DNA of 64,000 bases, from assembly GCA_943788615.1 (NCBI GenBank), contig CALSQY010000004.1, forward strand, positions 561,790-625,789, read 5' to 3'. Numbering within the stretch: the stretch's first letter is position 1; the number at the start of each line of letters is the position of its first letter. The stretch is from an uncultured Cyclobacteriaceae bacterium (GTDB taxonomy: Bacteria; Bacteroidota; Bacteroidia; Cytophagales; Cyclobacteriaceae). The notes beneath the pieces are model-generated. The model did not search any database, had not been told where the DNA came from, and was given only the letters and a program-made list of their open reading frames with translations. The position numbers and the translations under genes were made by a program. Positions 49,478 to 59,876 of this stretch are shown here, piece by piece.

Positions 49478-50025
49478 AATTAAAAATCAAAATTAATAAA
49501 AATTTTCACCCTTAGTGATTTCTTTTTATCTGAAGATATTCCTTGAGCCCCATTTAATTTTGTTTAATAGATTTGAACTACAACAAAATCAAGAAGTTGT
49601 CTAGGAAGAAACACACAAAATCTCTTTAAATTTTTAGGTACGGATCAGTGGATTCAACTGGGCATGTGTTTGCCGATATGAATTTAAATGGAGCTCTTCT
49701 TTTGATGATCCTGAGTGTTAAACCGGTGGATTATATATAAGTTTGTCAAGTAAATCATATCAATCTAAAGACGACGAAAAAAATTATTATACGTAGAGGG
49801 TATTAGATTTTATTTCTATAGTACTCAGTATTGCTGTGTCATGTTGGCTCAATAAAAAAACTAAAATGGAATAAAGACAGATAAGTTCAATTGACCAATC
49901 TGGATATAAGAACTCAAGATTATCAATGAAGTAGATCAATCTTTCACATCATATTTACAATAAATTCATCAACGAACAAATTAATTTTTGGCAAAAAAAA
50001 GTAGTATTTTTACGAAAAAAAGAGT

Positions 50026-51123
50026 GTGAAAAAATTATTAATATTAATCGTGTTTTTTTCGAGTTGTTCGAAAGAAAATTTAAATCCTGAAGAAGCTGCC
50101 AACTTAGAAGATGTTACTAACCTAGAGGATTTTGCTATAGTAGGAAGTTCCAGTTTTTTTGAGGAAAACTTTAAAAATAAAATAGTAGTTGTTGCTGGGG
50201 GAACGATAGAGGAAGGTGCTGTTGTTTGGATTAACGATAAAAAAGTTCTTTTGTTGAATGATGCTTTAGAAGCCACTGGTCTATTCTACCAAGATAATAA
50301 AATTTATGTAACTGGATGGACTTATGGGGGTAAGGGAAGTGTATGGATTATGGATTTAGATGGTTCTAATCAGACTGTGATGGAACTTGAGGGGAAATAC
50401 TCAGAAGGTCAGAGGATAATGGTTCATAATGGAGATATATATACTGGTGGTTTTTTTGACAATGGATCATGCTATTGGAAAAATGGATCTAAAATCGATT
50501 TAACAAAAAATGCTGATTCTATGAGTTGGGGTATTGCTATGGATTCTAATAACAATTTGTTTAATGTTGGTTATTACATGTCGCAACATCATTCTTTAAT
50601 ACCAGCTTTTTGGAAAAATGGTAAACGGAATAAATTAAATAGGCCTCAACATGGTGATGGTGAAGCCAAATACATAAAAATTATTGGAAACAAAAAAATC
50701 ATTGGTGGAACTACCTCAGCGCCACACAATTTTTTAGGTTACATAACCAAACCAACATATTGGATTAATGGTAATAGAAAAACTGGTCAAATTGGATCGA
50801 TTGATGAGGGATGGCAGAATTGTGATGTTTTCGATATGTTTGTTGATAGCGAGGAAAACATATATTTAGCAGGCTTTTCTCAAGATATGGACGGTGAATA
50901 TCCAACCTTTTGGAAAAATGGGCAAAAAAATTTGCTGTCAAATGGTGAAGCTACAGGTGTAATTAGAAGTTTAAAAGTGATAGATGGGGACATAATAGCC
51001 GCTGGCACCTTATCTTATTTCCCAGGGACGCCATGTCTGTGGGTAGGGGAGGAAAAACCGTATGTGTATGATGAAAATGCAGTTGGAGAAGTTTGGGATA
51101 TGTTAATAATTGATACCATATAA
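50026..51123 (+). CDS. Lipoprotein with 6-7 repeats of an aromatic-W-x-N-G motif (beta-propeller-like)
   Basis: GTG start, lipobox FFSSCS. Repeats VWINDKKVLL, VWIMDLDG, YWKNGSKIDL, FWKNGKRNKL, YWINGNRKTG, FWKNGQKNLL and LWVGEEKPYV occur every ~45-55 aa, each followed by an (I/L)Y(V/T/L)(T/A)G(W/F)-type strand. Confidence 0.65.
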   Translation: MKKLLILIVFFSSCSKENLNPEEAANLEDVTNLEDFAIVGSSSFFEENFKNKIVVVAGGTIEEGAVVWINDKKVLLLNDALEATGLFYQDNKIYVTGWTYGGKGSVWIMDLDGSNQTVMELEGKYSEGQRIMVHNGDIYTGGFFDNGSCYWKNGSKIDLTKNADSMSWGIAMDSNNNLFNVGYYMSQHHSLIPAFWKNGKRNKLNRPQHGDGEAKYIKIIGNKKIIGGTTSAPHNFLGYITKPTYWINGNRKTGQIGSIDEGWQNCDVFDMFVDSEENIYLAGFSQDMDGEYPTFWKNGQKNLLSNGEATGVIRSLKVIDGDIIAAGTLSYFPGTPCLWVGEEKPYVYDENAVGEVWDMLIIDTI

Positions 51124-51565
51124 AAGATCAATTTTATCATTGCTTCACTTATTCTGATTTCGGACAGATTGAGATCATTTTTTTGTGACTATTCTTACCC
51201 TATGATGTAAATTAGGCATGATCTACTGCAGTTTTTCTGGTATCGCCTCCAATTATAGATTGCATCCTCCTTATTGTGGCAATAACAACAATTGTGGTAT
51301 CATCAGGAAAGATGAGTTGTTTCTAAAACATTTAGGAATATCCACTCTTGTATTTCGTAATCGGTCATTAGTATTGAAAGAACAACTTAGTCTTCACATC
51401 AATATGGCCTTATGTATGTCCTAAAATAAAAGTAGACTTTTTCAGATATAAATTAAATGAGTGTTGATGCTAATTTAAATTAATATTTTGATCCTGTTTT
51501 TCCGGTTCAATGAAAGTTTGGTTTTTTATTCTTTTCCTGTGTCTCAGTTTTCATTCTCCAGTTCC

Positions 51566-52015
51566 TTAATAGACCTCAGAAGGAGTAAGGTTATTGATGG
51601 GCTCATGGTATCTTTCATCGTTGTAATACTGAACAAATTGCTTCATTTTAGACTCTAACTGCCCTAGGCTGAAATAATTATTCAGTTTCACTGCATTCTT
51701 CATAGATATTTGATAATATTCAATTTTACCTTGAGTTTGTGGATGAAGCGATCGACCTCGTACATGTTTCATATTTCGATCATTTAAATATTCTGCTAGT
51801 TCAACAGGTAGGTAACACGATCCATTATCAGATAGTAATTTTGGAGGAGTATGGGTTTGTACGACTAATAAAGCCTCATCCAAGGTCTGTTTTACATCCT
51901 CTGCCTTAGTAGTGGCATACAACTTTCAGCTGACAATAAAATGGCTGCAATCATCCAATATGGTTAATAAGTAATATCATCCCCCTCCAACTATTTTAAA
52001 AGATGTAACTGAAAA
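51566..52015 (-). mobile_element. 5'-truncated, decayed DDE (rve integrase-core) transposase fragment
   Basis: Reads TSFKIVGGG*YYLLTILDDCSHFIVS*KLYATTKAEDV...LLSDNGSCY...HPQTQGKIEYY...YNDERYHEPINNLTPSEVY. Two stops are TGA where homologues have Trp. The HTH and the upstream catalytic part are missing. Confidence 0.75.
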
Positions 52016-52019
52016 AAAG

Positions 52020-52838
52020 CTCTAAGATCTGCCGAAAAGTGGGAAGTTGTTGGACATGCTAGCAAGACATTTCCCATGAGCCTACGGCAGGCCTCTATCC
52101 TATTTTATATCAGCACATCGGTATTTTATTGCCAAGCAAAACGTAAAGATGATGATGAAACCATTGGTGAGTTGTCTAACCTTTCCGAGTTACATCGTAC
52201 TTGGAGATTTTAGATAATATATCACCGACTTCTAAACTTAGGTATTTGTGGAATCATAAGCGGGTGTATCGAGTTTACATCTCAATGCGCCTTAACTTAC
52301 ATAACAAGAGTAAAAGACGACTTACGGCACGAGTTAAGGCACCCTTATTACGGCCAATTTATCCCAATTTAACATGGAATTTAGACTTTATGCATGATAC
52401 TTTGGCTAATGGTAAAACATTACGAAAGTTAAATATAATTGATGATCTAAATCTTGCAGTACTTTCATAACAATGGATATCAGTTTGCCTTCGCAGCGAG
52501 TGATTAGGGAACTAGAAACATTAGTAGAGTGCCGTGGAAGACCTGATACTATTCGTTCTGACAATAATCCGAAATTTACATCAGAGGCATTATCAAAATG
52601 GTGCAAAAAAGTGGGGTTGAATCGGTCTTTATACAACCTGGCAAACCTACCCAGAATAGCCTAATAGAAAGGTTTAATAGAACCTTTAATCAGGATGTTC
52701 TGGATAGCTATATGTTTGAAAGTAACCAAATTACGGAAATATTCGCAAGCATGAGCTTGAATGTATAATAAGGACAGGCGAAATGCTGTTTTGGGATATT
52801 TTACACCCGTGGAATTCTTTAGTTTTGAACGTAACTAG
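52020..52838 (+). mobile_element. Heavily decayed IS3-family (IS2/IS407-like) orfB transposase remnant
   Basis: Recognisable blocks are spread over all three frames: [93 protein letters not shown]. Many stops. It abuts the oppositely oriented fragment at about 52015-52020. Confidence 0.75.
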
Positions 52839-53019
52839 TTAGGGGAGGTTACAAAATCATCTGGAGAAAGACGTATATGACTCCATTGTATTAAACAATA
52901 ATTTTGGCGTTGAAACGACCCACTCCAAGTATTAATATTTGTGATTATTAAAAAAAATATTTTACTTGTCGTTGAAACCAATTCAACATTACTTTTTTTT
53001 AAATTAAATTATTCAAAAA

Positions 53020-53400
53020 ATGAAAACCAAATTAACACTCACAATAATCGGAATTATAATGATTCTCCAATCTATAATATATCCACTACTTGCAGATATG
53101 TCCGTAGATATGATGTTTAATGTCGGAGAAGAGGCAAAGAAGGTCTTAATTTTATTTCAATATGCCATAAGTTCAATATTCTTTATGGTTGGTTTGATAT
53201 TGTTATTTTTACGAGATGTGGAGAAGAAATATGCGAAAAGAATTCTATTGGCCTTTCTGATCGCCTACATACCTGGCTTTATTGGCTTTTACCATCTAGC
53301 AACTTCTCCACTCACAAATGCAGGCATTGCAGATTTTACACCTGATATTATAATGGTGGCTTTGGCATTATTTACTTATATAAAACCTAAAGACAATTAA
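53020..53400 (+). CDS. Small integral membrane protein (4 predicted spans)
   Basis: 126 aa with four hydrophobic segments. No motif recognised. Confidence 0.45.
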   Translation: MKTKLTLTIIGIIMILQSIIYPLLADMSVDMMFNVGEEAKKVLILFQYAISSIFFMVGLILLFLRDVEKKYAKRILLAFLIAYIPGFIGFYHLATSPLTNAGIADFTPDIIMVALALFTYIKPKDN

Positions 53401-54154
53401 AAAAGCAGCTATAAGCTGATAGCTAATTTGAAAAAAAAATTACCCATACAGTTATGATTGTGTAAGACAGTAACCACCCTTACTTAGGGTGGAGGTTGTT
53501 TCCAAAAAAATAATTAATATTATAAATGTATTGGAAAAAGATACTACTAAACAATGACGAGATAGTAATAATCAATCACTAAGTCAAGTAGTAACCTTCG
53601 CTAATCCTAAGATTGATAGCTGGAGAATCAATCTAAGAAAATATCTTAAATCAGCTTGAGCAGTTTTAATCATACCCATTGAAAAAATTAATTTAGTTTA
53701 GTTTTTGATCGGGAAAATTATTTAACAATTAAACCATAAATTTATTGTTATGAAAATGTTCCTTGTTTACCATGCATGAAGCCGAAAGAATATTAAGACT
53801 CATAATTGTGTAGCTTCAGATACCAGTCTACTTCATTATTGAATCTATTATGTATACCCTCTCACTGAGCATCATAGGGGGTGTTGCATTCTTAAACTCA
53901 ATTAGCGGCAACTGTTACATCTACAGAATTTTTGGAGTAAATACTTGCAAAGTAAAATGAGATGAGAGGTCTACTATCATTTTTGAAAAGAATAAAAAAA
54001 ATCAATAATCAAGCCTCATCAAAAATCATAAAAAACTTTAAACAAGGTTCCCTAGGTCCAGTATAATAAGATAAAAAATTCATCTTTTTGGTAGTAAAAA
54101 AAACGGAAACAAACTAAATTTACGTTATATGTTCACCATAAATCTAATTTAATA

Positions 54155-54589
54155 ATGACTTTGATAAAACATCTTTTCCACATTGCGACACCTATTAACA
54201 AGGTTTTTGAAGCGCTTTCACAACCAGAACCTCTTTCTAAATGGTACACAACTATCGTCAATGGCAATTTCAAACTTGGCGAAATCGTGACTTTTGAGTT
54301 TGTAAATTTTGCCGCGTTCAAATTTAAAATTATAAACTTGGTTCAAGATAAATCCATACATTTTGAATGTGTTGAATCTGAATGGGGCAATGTAGGCCAT
54401 ATCATGAGATATGATTTAGATGACAATGATGGCAAAACCAGAGTTAGATATACCTATGAAGGATTTTTAGAAATGGATGATTCTTTTGCAAATATGAACT
54501 ACAGTTCAGCTAAATACCTTGAAAGTTTACGTCAGTATTGTCAAAAAGGAGTTGGAGAGGCCTTTGGATCAGAAAATTATCGTTCTTAA
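54155..54589 (+). CDS. SRPBCC-superfamily (AHSA1/START-like) protein
   Basis: The N-terminus HIATPINKVFEALSQPEPLSKWYT is typical of Aha1/SRPBCC domain proteins. 144 aa. Confidence 0.65.
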   Translation: MTLIKHLFHIATPINKVFEALSQPEPLSKWYTTIVNGNFKLGEIVTFEFVNFAAFKFKIINLVQDKSIHFECVESEWGNVGHIMRYDLDDNDGKTRVRYTYEGFLEMDDSFANMNYSSAKYLESLRQYCQKGVGEAFGSENYRS

Positions 54590-54930
54590 TACTTTGCCCA
54601 TTTCATAAAAATGAGGTATCTCAGCGAAGCCTTTGCTACATTTTTTCGCTGACATTATATTAAATATACAGTGAGTTTTCAATACCGTATTAAGAGATTT
54701 TTATTGCTCCTCTCCAACTAATTATCAATTTTTTTTTGACAAAAATCAGTTTCCGTCAACCACTAACATCAACTAATGTATCAATTATTGAGGTACTCAA
54801 AATTGTCGTAACTTGACAAAATGAGTACCTCGATTAATATTTAAACAGCATACAAATATGATATCTAAAAAGTTGTGGAGCTCGGTATATGACATAAAAA
54901 ACTTCTTTATCTTATACTGAAGGACTCATC

Positions 54931-54957
54931 TGTTGTTTTGTAAATTACAAAACAACA
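54931..54957. promoter_or_regulatory. 27-bp perfect palindrome 12 nt upstream of the K+ channel start codon
   Basis: The sequence is tgttgttttgta aat tacaaaacaaca: 12-bp arms with a 3-nt spacer. Confidence 0.5.
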
Positions 54958-54969
54958 TCTTTGTAATTT

Positions 54970-55689
54970 ATGAAAAATCAATTGCGCCGCATCATTGAGG
55001 ACAATACCTCGCCACTAGGAAAACTGTTTGATTACTTTATTCAAATATTAATTTTTCTTTCCCTCTTTGCTGTTTCTCTTGAAACCTTACCAGATAAAGG
55101 CATCCTACTCACCTCCATATTAAATTTATTTGAAATCTTTTGCTTATCCGTATTTTCCATTGAATACGTACTTCGTGTTTTTGTAGCTGAAAAACCTTTT
55201 AAATATATTTTTAGTTTTTATGGTATCGTTGATTTTTTAGCGGTAGCCCCTTTTTTCTTTCCAACCAAAAATATTATCGACTTACGTTTTTTAAGAGCCT
55301 TTAGGATTTTTAGACTTTTTAGAGCACTGAAACTCATCCGCTACAGCAAAGCAATCAATCGGCTAAATACAGCTATTGATATTGTGAGAGAAGAGCTCGT
55401 TTTGTTTTTTGTCATCATATTGATTTTAATCTTTATGGTTTCAGCAGGTATCTATTTCTTTGAGAACGAAGCGCAACCTGATATTTTTCAGTCTATATTC
55501 CACAGTATGTGGTGGGCCATTATCACATTAACTACTGTGGGCTATGGAGATGCCTATCCAATTACTATGGGAGGTAAAATTTTTACTTTTTTTGTACTCA
55601 TCATAGGGGTAGGTGTGGTGACCATTCCTGCAGGCTTAATCGGTAGTGCCCTCTCTGAAGCCAGAGATTTAGAGAAAAAAAATGAATAA
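54970..55689 (+). CDS. Minimal 6-TM voltage-gated-type K+ channel
   Basis: S4-like LRFLRAFRIFRLFRALKLIRY with Arg at every third position. Selectivity filter TTVGYGD. There is no cytoplasmic regulatory domain (239 aa). Confidence 0.85.
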   Translation: MKNQLRRIIEDNTSPLGKLFDYFIQILIFLSLFAVSLETLPDKGILLTSILNLFEIFCLSVFSIEYVLRVFVAEKPFKYIFSFYGIVDFLAVAPFFFPTKNIIDLRFLRAFRIFRLFRALKLIRYSKAINRLNTAIDIVREELVLFFVIILILIFMVSAGIYFFENEAQPDIFQSIFHSMWWAIITLTTVGYGDAYPITMGGKIFTFFVLIIGVGVVTIPAGLIGSALSEARDLEKKNE

Positions 55690-56099
55690 AATCATTGCGC
55701 TGATGAGGGGCATTAATCATTAGGTAATGTTCATTATAATATTTCCTAAATCAACGGCTACAAATAAGCACTTGGTTTCATTTTCAACCAAGAAAATGAA
55801 TTGAATGTGAGATGATACTCAAGGAAAAGAAATGACCTGAATTTCATCCTGATGCGATACCCACTAAAAAAAGACCAGCCTTTTCGGACCAGTCTAAGCA
55901 AATTATATATAAAATAAACTATGTTCACCAATATTACGATGGTTATGAATATTTATTGCTTTATGAGGAATTTATTAACCTTCTTTAACATAAAAAGAAT
56001 ACACTAGTTTTGATAGGTCTCTTTCTCTACAACAATAAATGACTTTTAAAATAATTTAATCCCTAAGTAGATAAAAAATGCCATTTTGACAAAATAAAT

Positions 56100-57125
56100 A
56101 TGTCTAGAATCATAATTCCCATTCTTATCGTTATCCTTATTATCGCTTACAATCAAACCCGGATACCATCCAAAGATCTGAAACAAATAGCATACCCAAG
56201 CCTAAACATAGCCCAAGCTGATGCTCTTTCTTTACTTCCTCTAGCCTGCTTAGAAATACAATATCCTAATAAACTCAATCAAACATTAAATGAGCCCTCA
56301 CAGATTAAACAGCCCATAGCATTGCATCCTGCATTTTATGAATGCTTTGATTGGCATTCTTCTGTTCATGGTCGTTGGTTTATTTGTTGAAGAACTTTCC
56401 TAGGTTAGAAAATGCCGAAATAATCAGGAATTTACTCATTGACAATTTGTCATCTAAAAATATAATTGCTGAAGTCAACTACTTAAATGAAAGTCTTTTG
56501 AACGTACCTATGACTGGGCTTGAGTCCTTAAATTATCAGAAGAATTACATACTTGGAAGAGCCCCTTTGCAAGGCAATTAGAAGCTTATTTACCCCATTC
56601 GTGTAGGCGAGCACTCTAATACGGCTTATGGACTCTCTTTGGCTTACGATTATGCAAAAGTCTTTGATCATAAAGCCCTCAGCAAACTCATTGTATCCAC
56701 TTCCAACAGGTTTTACGCTGAAGATCAGAGATATCCATTGACTTAGGAACCTGGCAGATTTGATTTTCTTTCTCGCTGCTTCGAAGAAGCGAATCTCATT
56801 AGAAAGATCTATAGACCGGGTGAATTTAAAATATGGCTATCATCTTTTCTCCCTCCAATCATAAAACCAGATTTTTAATTAGCTCCCACCCGTGTGGGTG
56901 ATACAACCGATGGTAAATTGGTATATTTAGATGGCCTTAACTTCAGCCGTGCCTGGTGTTTGTATGGTATCACTGAAACACTTCCAAGAATATATACATC
57001 TATCAATTATTGCCAATAATCACTTCAATAGCTCTATTAATAACTTGGTGGATGACCATTATGCAGGGGCTCATTGATTAGCAACTTCTGCCATTTATAC
57101 ATTTTACGCATCTACCTGTGTAAAT
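56100..57125 (+). pseudogene. DUF2891-family gene, disrupted by frameshifts and stop codons
   Basis: Reads ACLEIQYPNK...LHPAFYECFDWHSSVHG, then a frame change, LVYLLKNFP..., and further blocks PIRVGEHSNTAYGLSLAYDYA, RFDFLSRCFEEANL, DGKLVYLDGLNFSRAW. These are separated by TAG/TAA/TGA stops and frame changes. Confidence 0.7.
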
Positions 57126-57532
57126 AGAACCTTCACCAGCCACCAAACTACAATTCTTTTAAAAAATTCTAACTGGCCTAACCGAAAAAGGTTCGTATTT
57201 TTTCATATATTATGTGCACTATTGAATAGATTTTACGTCCAGGCACCCGTATTTCGATCTGCTTCAGTTGAGGCCAATATGTAATATTAAATTCACCTAA
57301 CATATCAGATTCATTCAAATTCATTTAGTATGTAATCTTTAGGTTAAAGTGAACAACCAACAAAACTCAATATTTACGACTAAGTTTTTCATTATAAACC
57401 AGAATTTAATTTTTTTTAAACTCATATAAATTTTAATACCAATTTCAAGGGAGTCATTTTTTTAACTAAAAGGAGATTTTATAAAGTTTAAGTAAATTTT
57501 TTTTTGGTCATAAAGCAAGCTCTCTCACTTCA

Positions 57533-58615
57533 TTAAAAAGCTCTAGCTGCTCTTACCGATAAATATATATAGCGTTTTGGATAGCTTTCTGGGCTATTTG
57601 TACAATTACTTCCACTTCTAAAGTCTTGATAATAGGCAAAATTTTCATCGTCTTGAGTTGAACTCCAATAGCCATAATGATTATCAAAAATAAAATTTTT
57701 TCCTCCGTTCAAAGTAGCCACAGAATCAATGACCTCAGATAAGCAATGCATTTGATCTAATTCATCATGAGAGGGTAAGAACCAGTCATTATAGCCTTGA
57801 GATACTGAATTGGAAGCATAAAAGGCTGCCGTACTATCTTCAGAGCAATCAGCTAAAATAGCTAACGTATTTTGAGCACCAGTGCCTATAGCTATTCCGT
57901 CGGAATGATCAACTTCCAAACCATAACAACCCCATACGATCCCCACATTGCCTAAATTTTGAATATCTGAAACCAATCCATGCTCATTTGTCTCGTCTAC
58001 ATAAAACACTACACCACCCTCTCTGTAGGCGCCTATGAAAATATGACAACCAGAATCATTTACATTACCTATCTCAGCCTCTTGAGTATAAGGACATTGA
58101 TCGACTAAATTTGATAAACCATCTCCGTCTGTATCTCCACATCCCATTTCATCTACCTCTTCGCCCAATATTGTCCCTGGACATTTGTCTAGATCATCCG
58201 AAACACCATCATTATCCTCATCTAATTGAGAAGCTGAACAACCTTGTACATTAACCGATTCACCGTAGGGCGTATTTAGACAAACATCATCACTATCTCC
58301 CACTCCGTCTTTGTCGTTATCAATAAATAAAAAAATTGCTACAGTATTTAAGTTAGAATTCATGACAACTGTCAAAGGATTTGATCTTTCACCATCCCTT
58401 AAATGATTCCAGGCAAAAAGTTCATAATTATCATTAGCAACTGCAGTCAAAGTTATTTCAGTCCCCTCTACATGAGGTCCTCTATTAAATATTACCGATC
58501 CTGCACTGTCTGGACTAACCTGTACAGAGACATAGAAAGAACCTGGAAGATCATCATTGCAAGAACTAAAGGCTAAAAGCAAACCAAAAATCAAGGTGAA
58601 AAAAAAGTGTTTCAT
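57533..58615 (-). CDS. Surface lipoprotein: InlB-B-repeat-like domain, three thrombospondin-type-3 Ca-binding repeats, C-terminal DUF1566 (Lcl-like) domain
   Basis: Lipobox AFSSCNDD. Repeats DNDKDGVGDSDDVC, DEDNDGVSDDLDKCP, DTDGDGLSNLVDQCP. DUF1566 marks are GYNDWFLPSHDEL and YWSST. Confidence 0.7.
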   Translation of the reverse strand: MKHFFFTLIFGLLLAFSSCNDDLPGSFYVSVQVSPDSAGSVIFNRGPHVEGTEITLTAVANDNYELFAWNHLRDGERSNPLTVVMNSNLNTVAIFLFIDNDKDGVGDSDDVCLNTPYGESVNVQGCSASQLDEDNDGVSDDLDKCPGTILGEEVDEMGCGDTDGDGLSNLVDQCPYTQEAEIGNVNDSGCHIFIGAYREGGVVFYVDETNEHGLVSDIQNLGNVGIVWGCYGLEVDHSDGIAIGTGAQNTLAILADCSEDSTAAFYASNSVSQGYNDWFLPSHDELDQMHCLSEVIDSVATLNGGKNFIFDNHYGYWSSTQDDENFAYYQDFRSGSNCTNSPESYPKRYIYLSVRAARAF

Positions 58616-58754
58616 TTTTGTTATTTTAATCCTTGAGTGGTTAAACGCAATATATCCACGTGGACAAATATCAAATTAACCATACCCACAAACAAATATA
58701 GCACATGCCAAGTGTTGCTACCAAAATTGCAAGACAGACAATCGGAGTATTGGG

Positions 58755-59876
58755 TTATTCTCCAATAACGATAGATCCTATACCATTGGTTGCTTCCCAA
58801 AAATTATAAGAAGAAGAATAATTATCTGGTCCTGAATATGAAAACCATTCGGCGGTAGAATCTATAATATTCCATTCTTCGGTCGTCAATTCCTCATCGG
58901 TCAAGACAACTACCAAAAGTTTAAATTCTTTTTGAGACTCAGCAAAATTGGGTACTCTTGTTCCCAATAAATTTTCAATGGCAACATTATCATAGGTAAT
59001 TCTTGAATTTGCCGTAAATCCATAAGCTGTTTCAGTAGCAGACCACTCAGTAATATCACTAAAGAGATCAAAGGGATTTACCGAACTTAAAGGGGCCATT
59101 CCCATCAAATAAAGCTCTAGCTCATTATAAGGAACACCATTACCTCCATTGGCAAAAGGACCAAAAGGAGCTACTGAATAACTACTATCCCCCAATTCTA
59201 CGAGAGTACTTTGCTCAAATCCACCAAGCTGTCCTTTTGTGCTTCCACCGGTAAAACCCCAATGTCCCCAATATGGATATGAGGTGATGTTTTCACCAGG
59301 TTGATCTACAGAATGCGTTTCGAAACCAAAGTTACCCCAATTGTGCATAAGTTCATGCAGCGATGGGCCACTTTGAAGATAGCTCAAACCTGTCAGCTGC
59401 ATAACTGCTTTTAACTTTCCCTCAGAGCCATAGTCACTGCTATAATCATAAATACTTTGACCCGTTCCCTCTATTGTATTGGATACGCCTAGAAGCATCC
59501 CATAATAGCTCATTCCTTCAGGTATATTAGGTTCATTTAGCACGAGAAAAATAAAATCATATTCATCTGGAAATTTTTTATAGATATCTTCAAAAATTAG
59601 ATTGCGAACGGATCCTTGTCTGAAGTCATCGTTACCTATCCAATCAGCATATTCTGTAGCACTCATAAGTAAGGAATAGACACCCGAATTAGAATTTGTT
59701 TGAAATTCATGATCGGTCGTGATCTGTTCATCAATAGAACCATCCTCTTCAATTGTCTTATCATTCGATGTCTCATCGCTCAGTACTGCAACCGCATCAT
59801 CATCTGAGCTACATGAAACAACAAAAATAATACTGACAAAAGAAAGGATGAAAAGTAAAAAATTAATTTTTCTCAT
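58755..59876 (-). CDS. Lipoprotein with HExxH zinc-metallopeptidase-like motif
   Basis: Start MRKINFLLFILSFVSIIFVVSCSSDDD. SLHELMHNWGNFGFETH contains HExxHxxG. No family assigned. Confidence 0.55.
   Translation of the reverse strand: MRKINFLLFILSFVSIIFVVSCSSDDDAVAVLSDETSNDKTIEEDGSIDEQITTDHEFQTNSNSGVYSLLMSATEYADWIGNDDFRQGSVRNLIFEDIYKKFPDEYDFIFLVLNEPNIPEGMSYYGMLLGVSNTIEGTGQSIYDYSSDYGSEGKLKAVMQLTGLSYLQSGPSLHELMHNWGNFGFETHSVDQPGENITSYPYWGHWGFTGGSTKGQLGGFEQSTLVELGDSSYSVAPFGPFANGGNGVPYNELELYLMGMAPLSSVNPFDLFSDITEWSATETAYGFTANSRITYDNVAIENLLGTRVPNFAESQKEFKLLVVVLTDEELTTEEWNIIDSTAEWFSYSGPDNYSSSYNFWEATNGIGSIVIGE

Noticed and set aside
51218-51424. Track ORF of 68 aa (+) in the spacer between the propeller-like lipoprotein gene and the IS fragment.
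   Set aside because: It is short and has no motif. The translation is atypical and Cys/Asn-rich. The surrounding DNA looks like decayed sequence.
53401-54154. A ~750-nt stretch without ORFs after the small membrane-protein gene. I considered a hidden ncRNA or gene relic. It contains small hairpins: agctat/atagct at 53407-53424 and ccaccc/gggtgg near 53474-53492.
   Set aside because: All six frames are full of stops and no protein motif is recognisable. The hairpins are short. I cannot support any specific call; it is probably decayed island DNA.
54621-54652. Hairpin tcagcgaa/ttcgctga after the SRPBCC gene, considered as a terminator.
   Set aside because: It has only an 8-bp stem with a 16-nt loop and no following T-tract. 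That is too weak to list as a feature.
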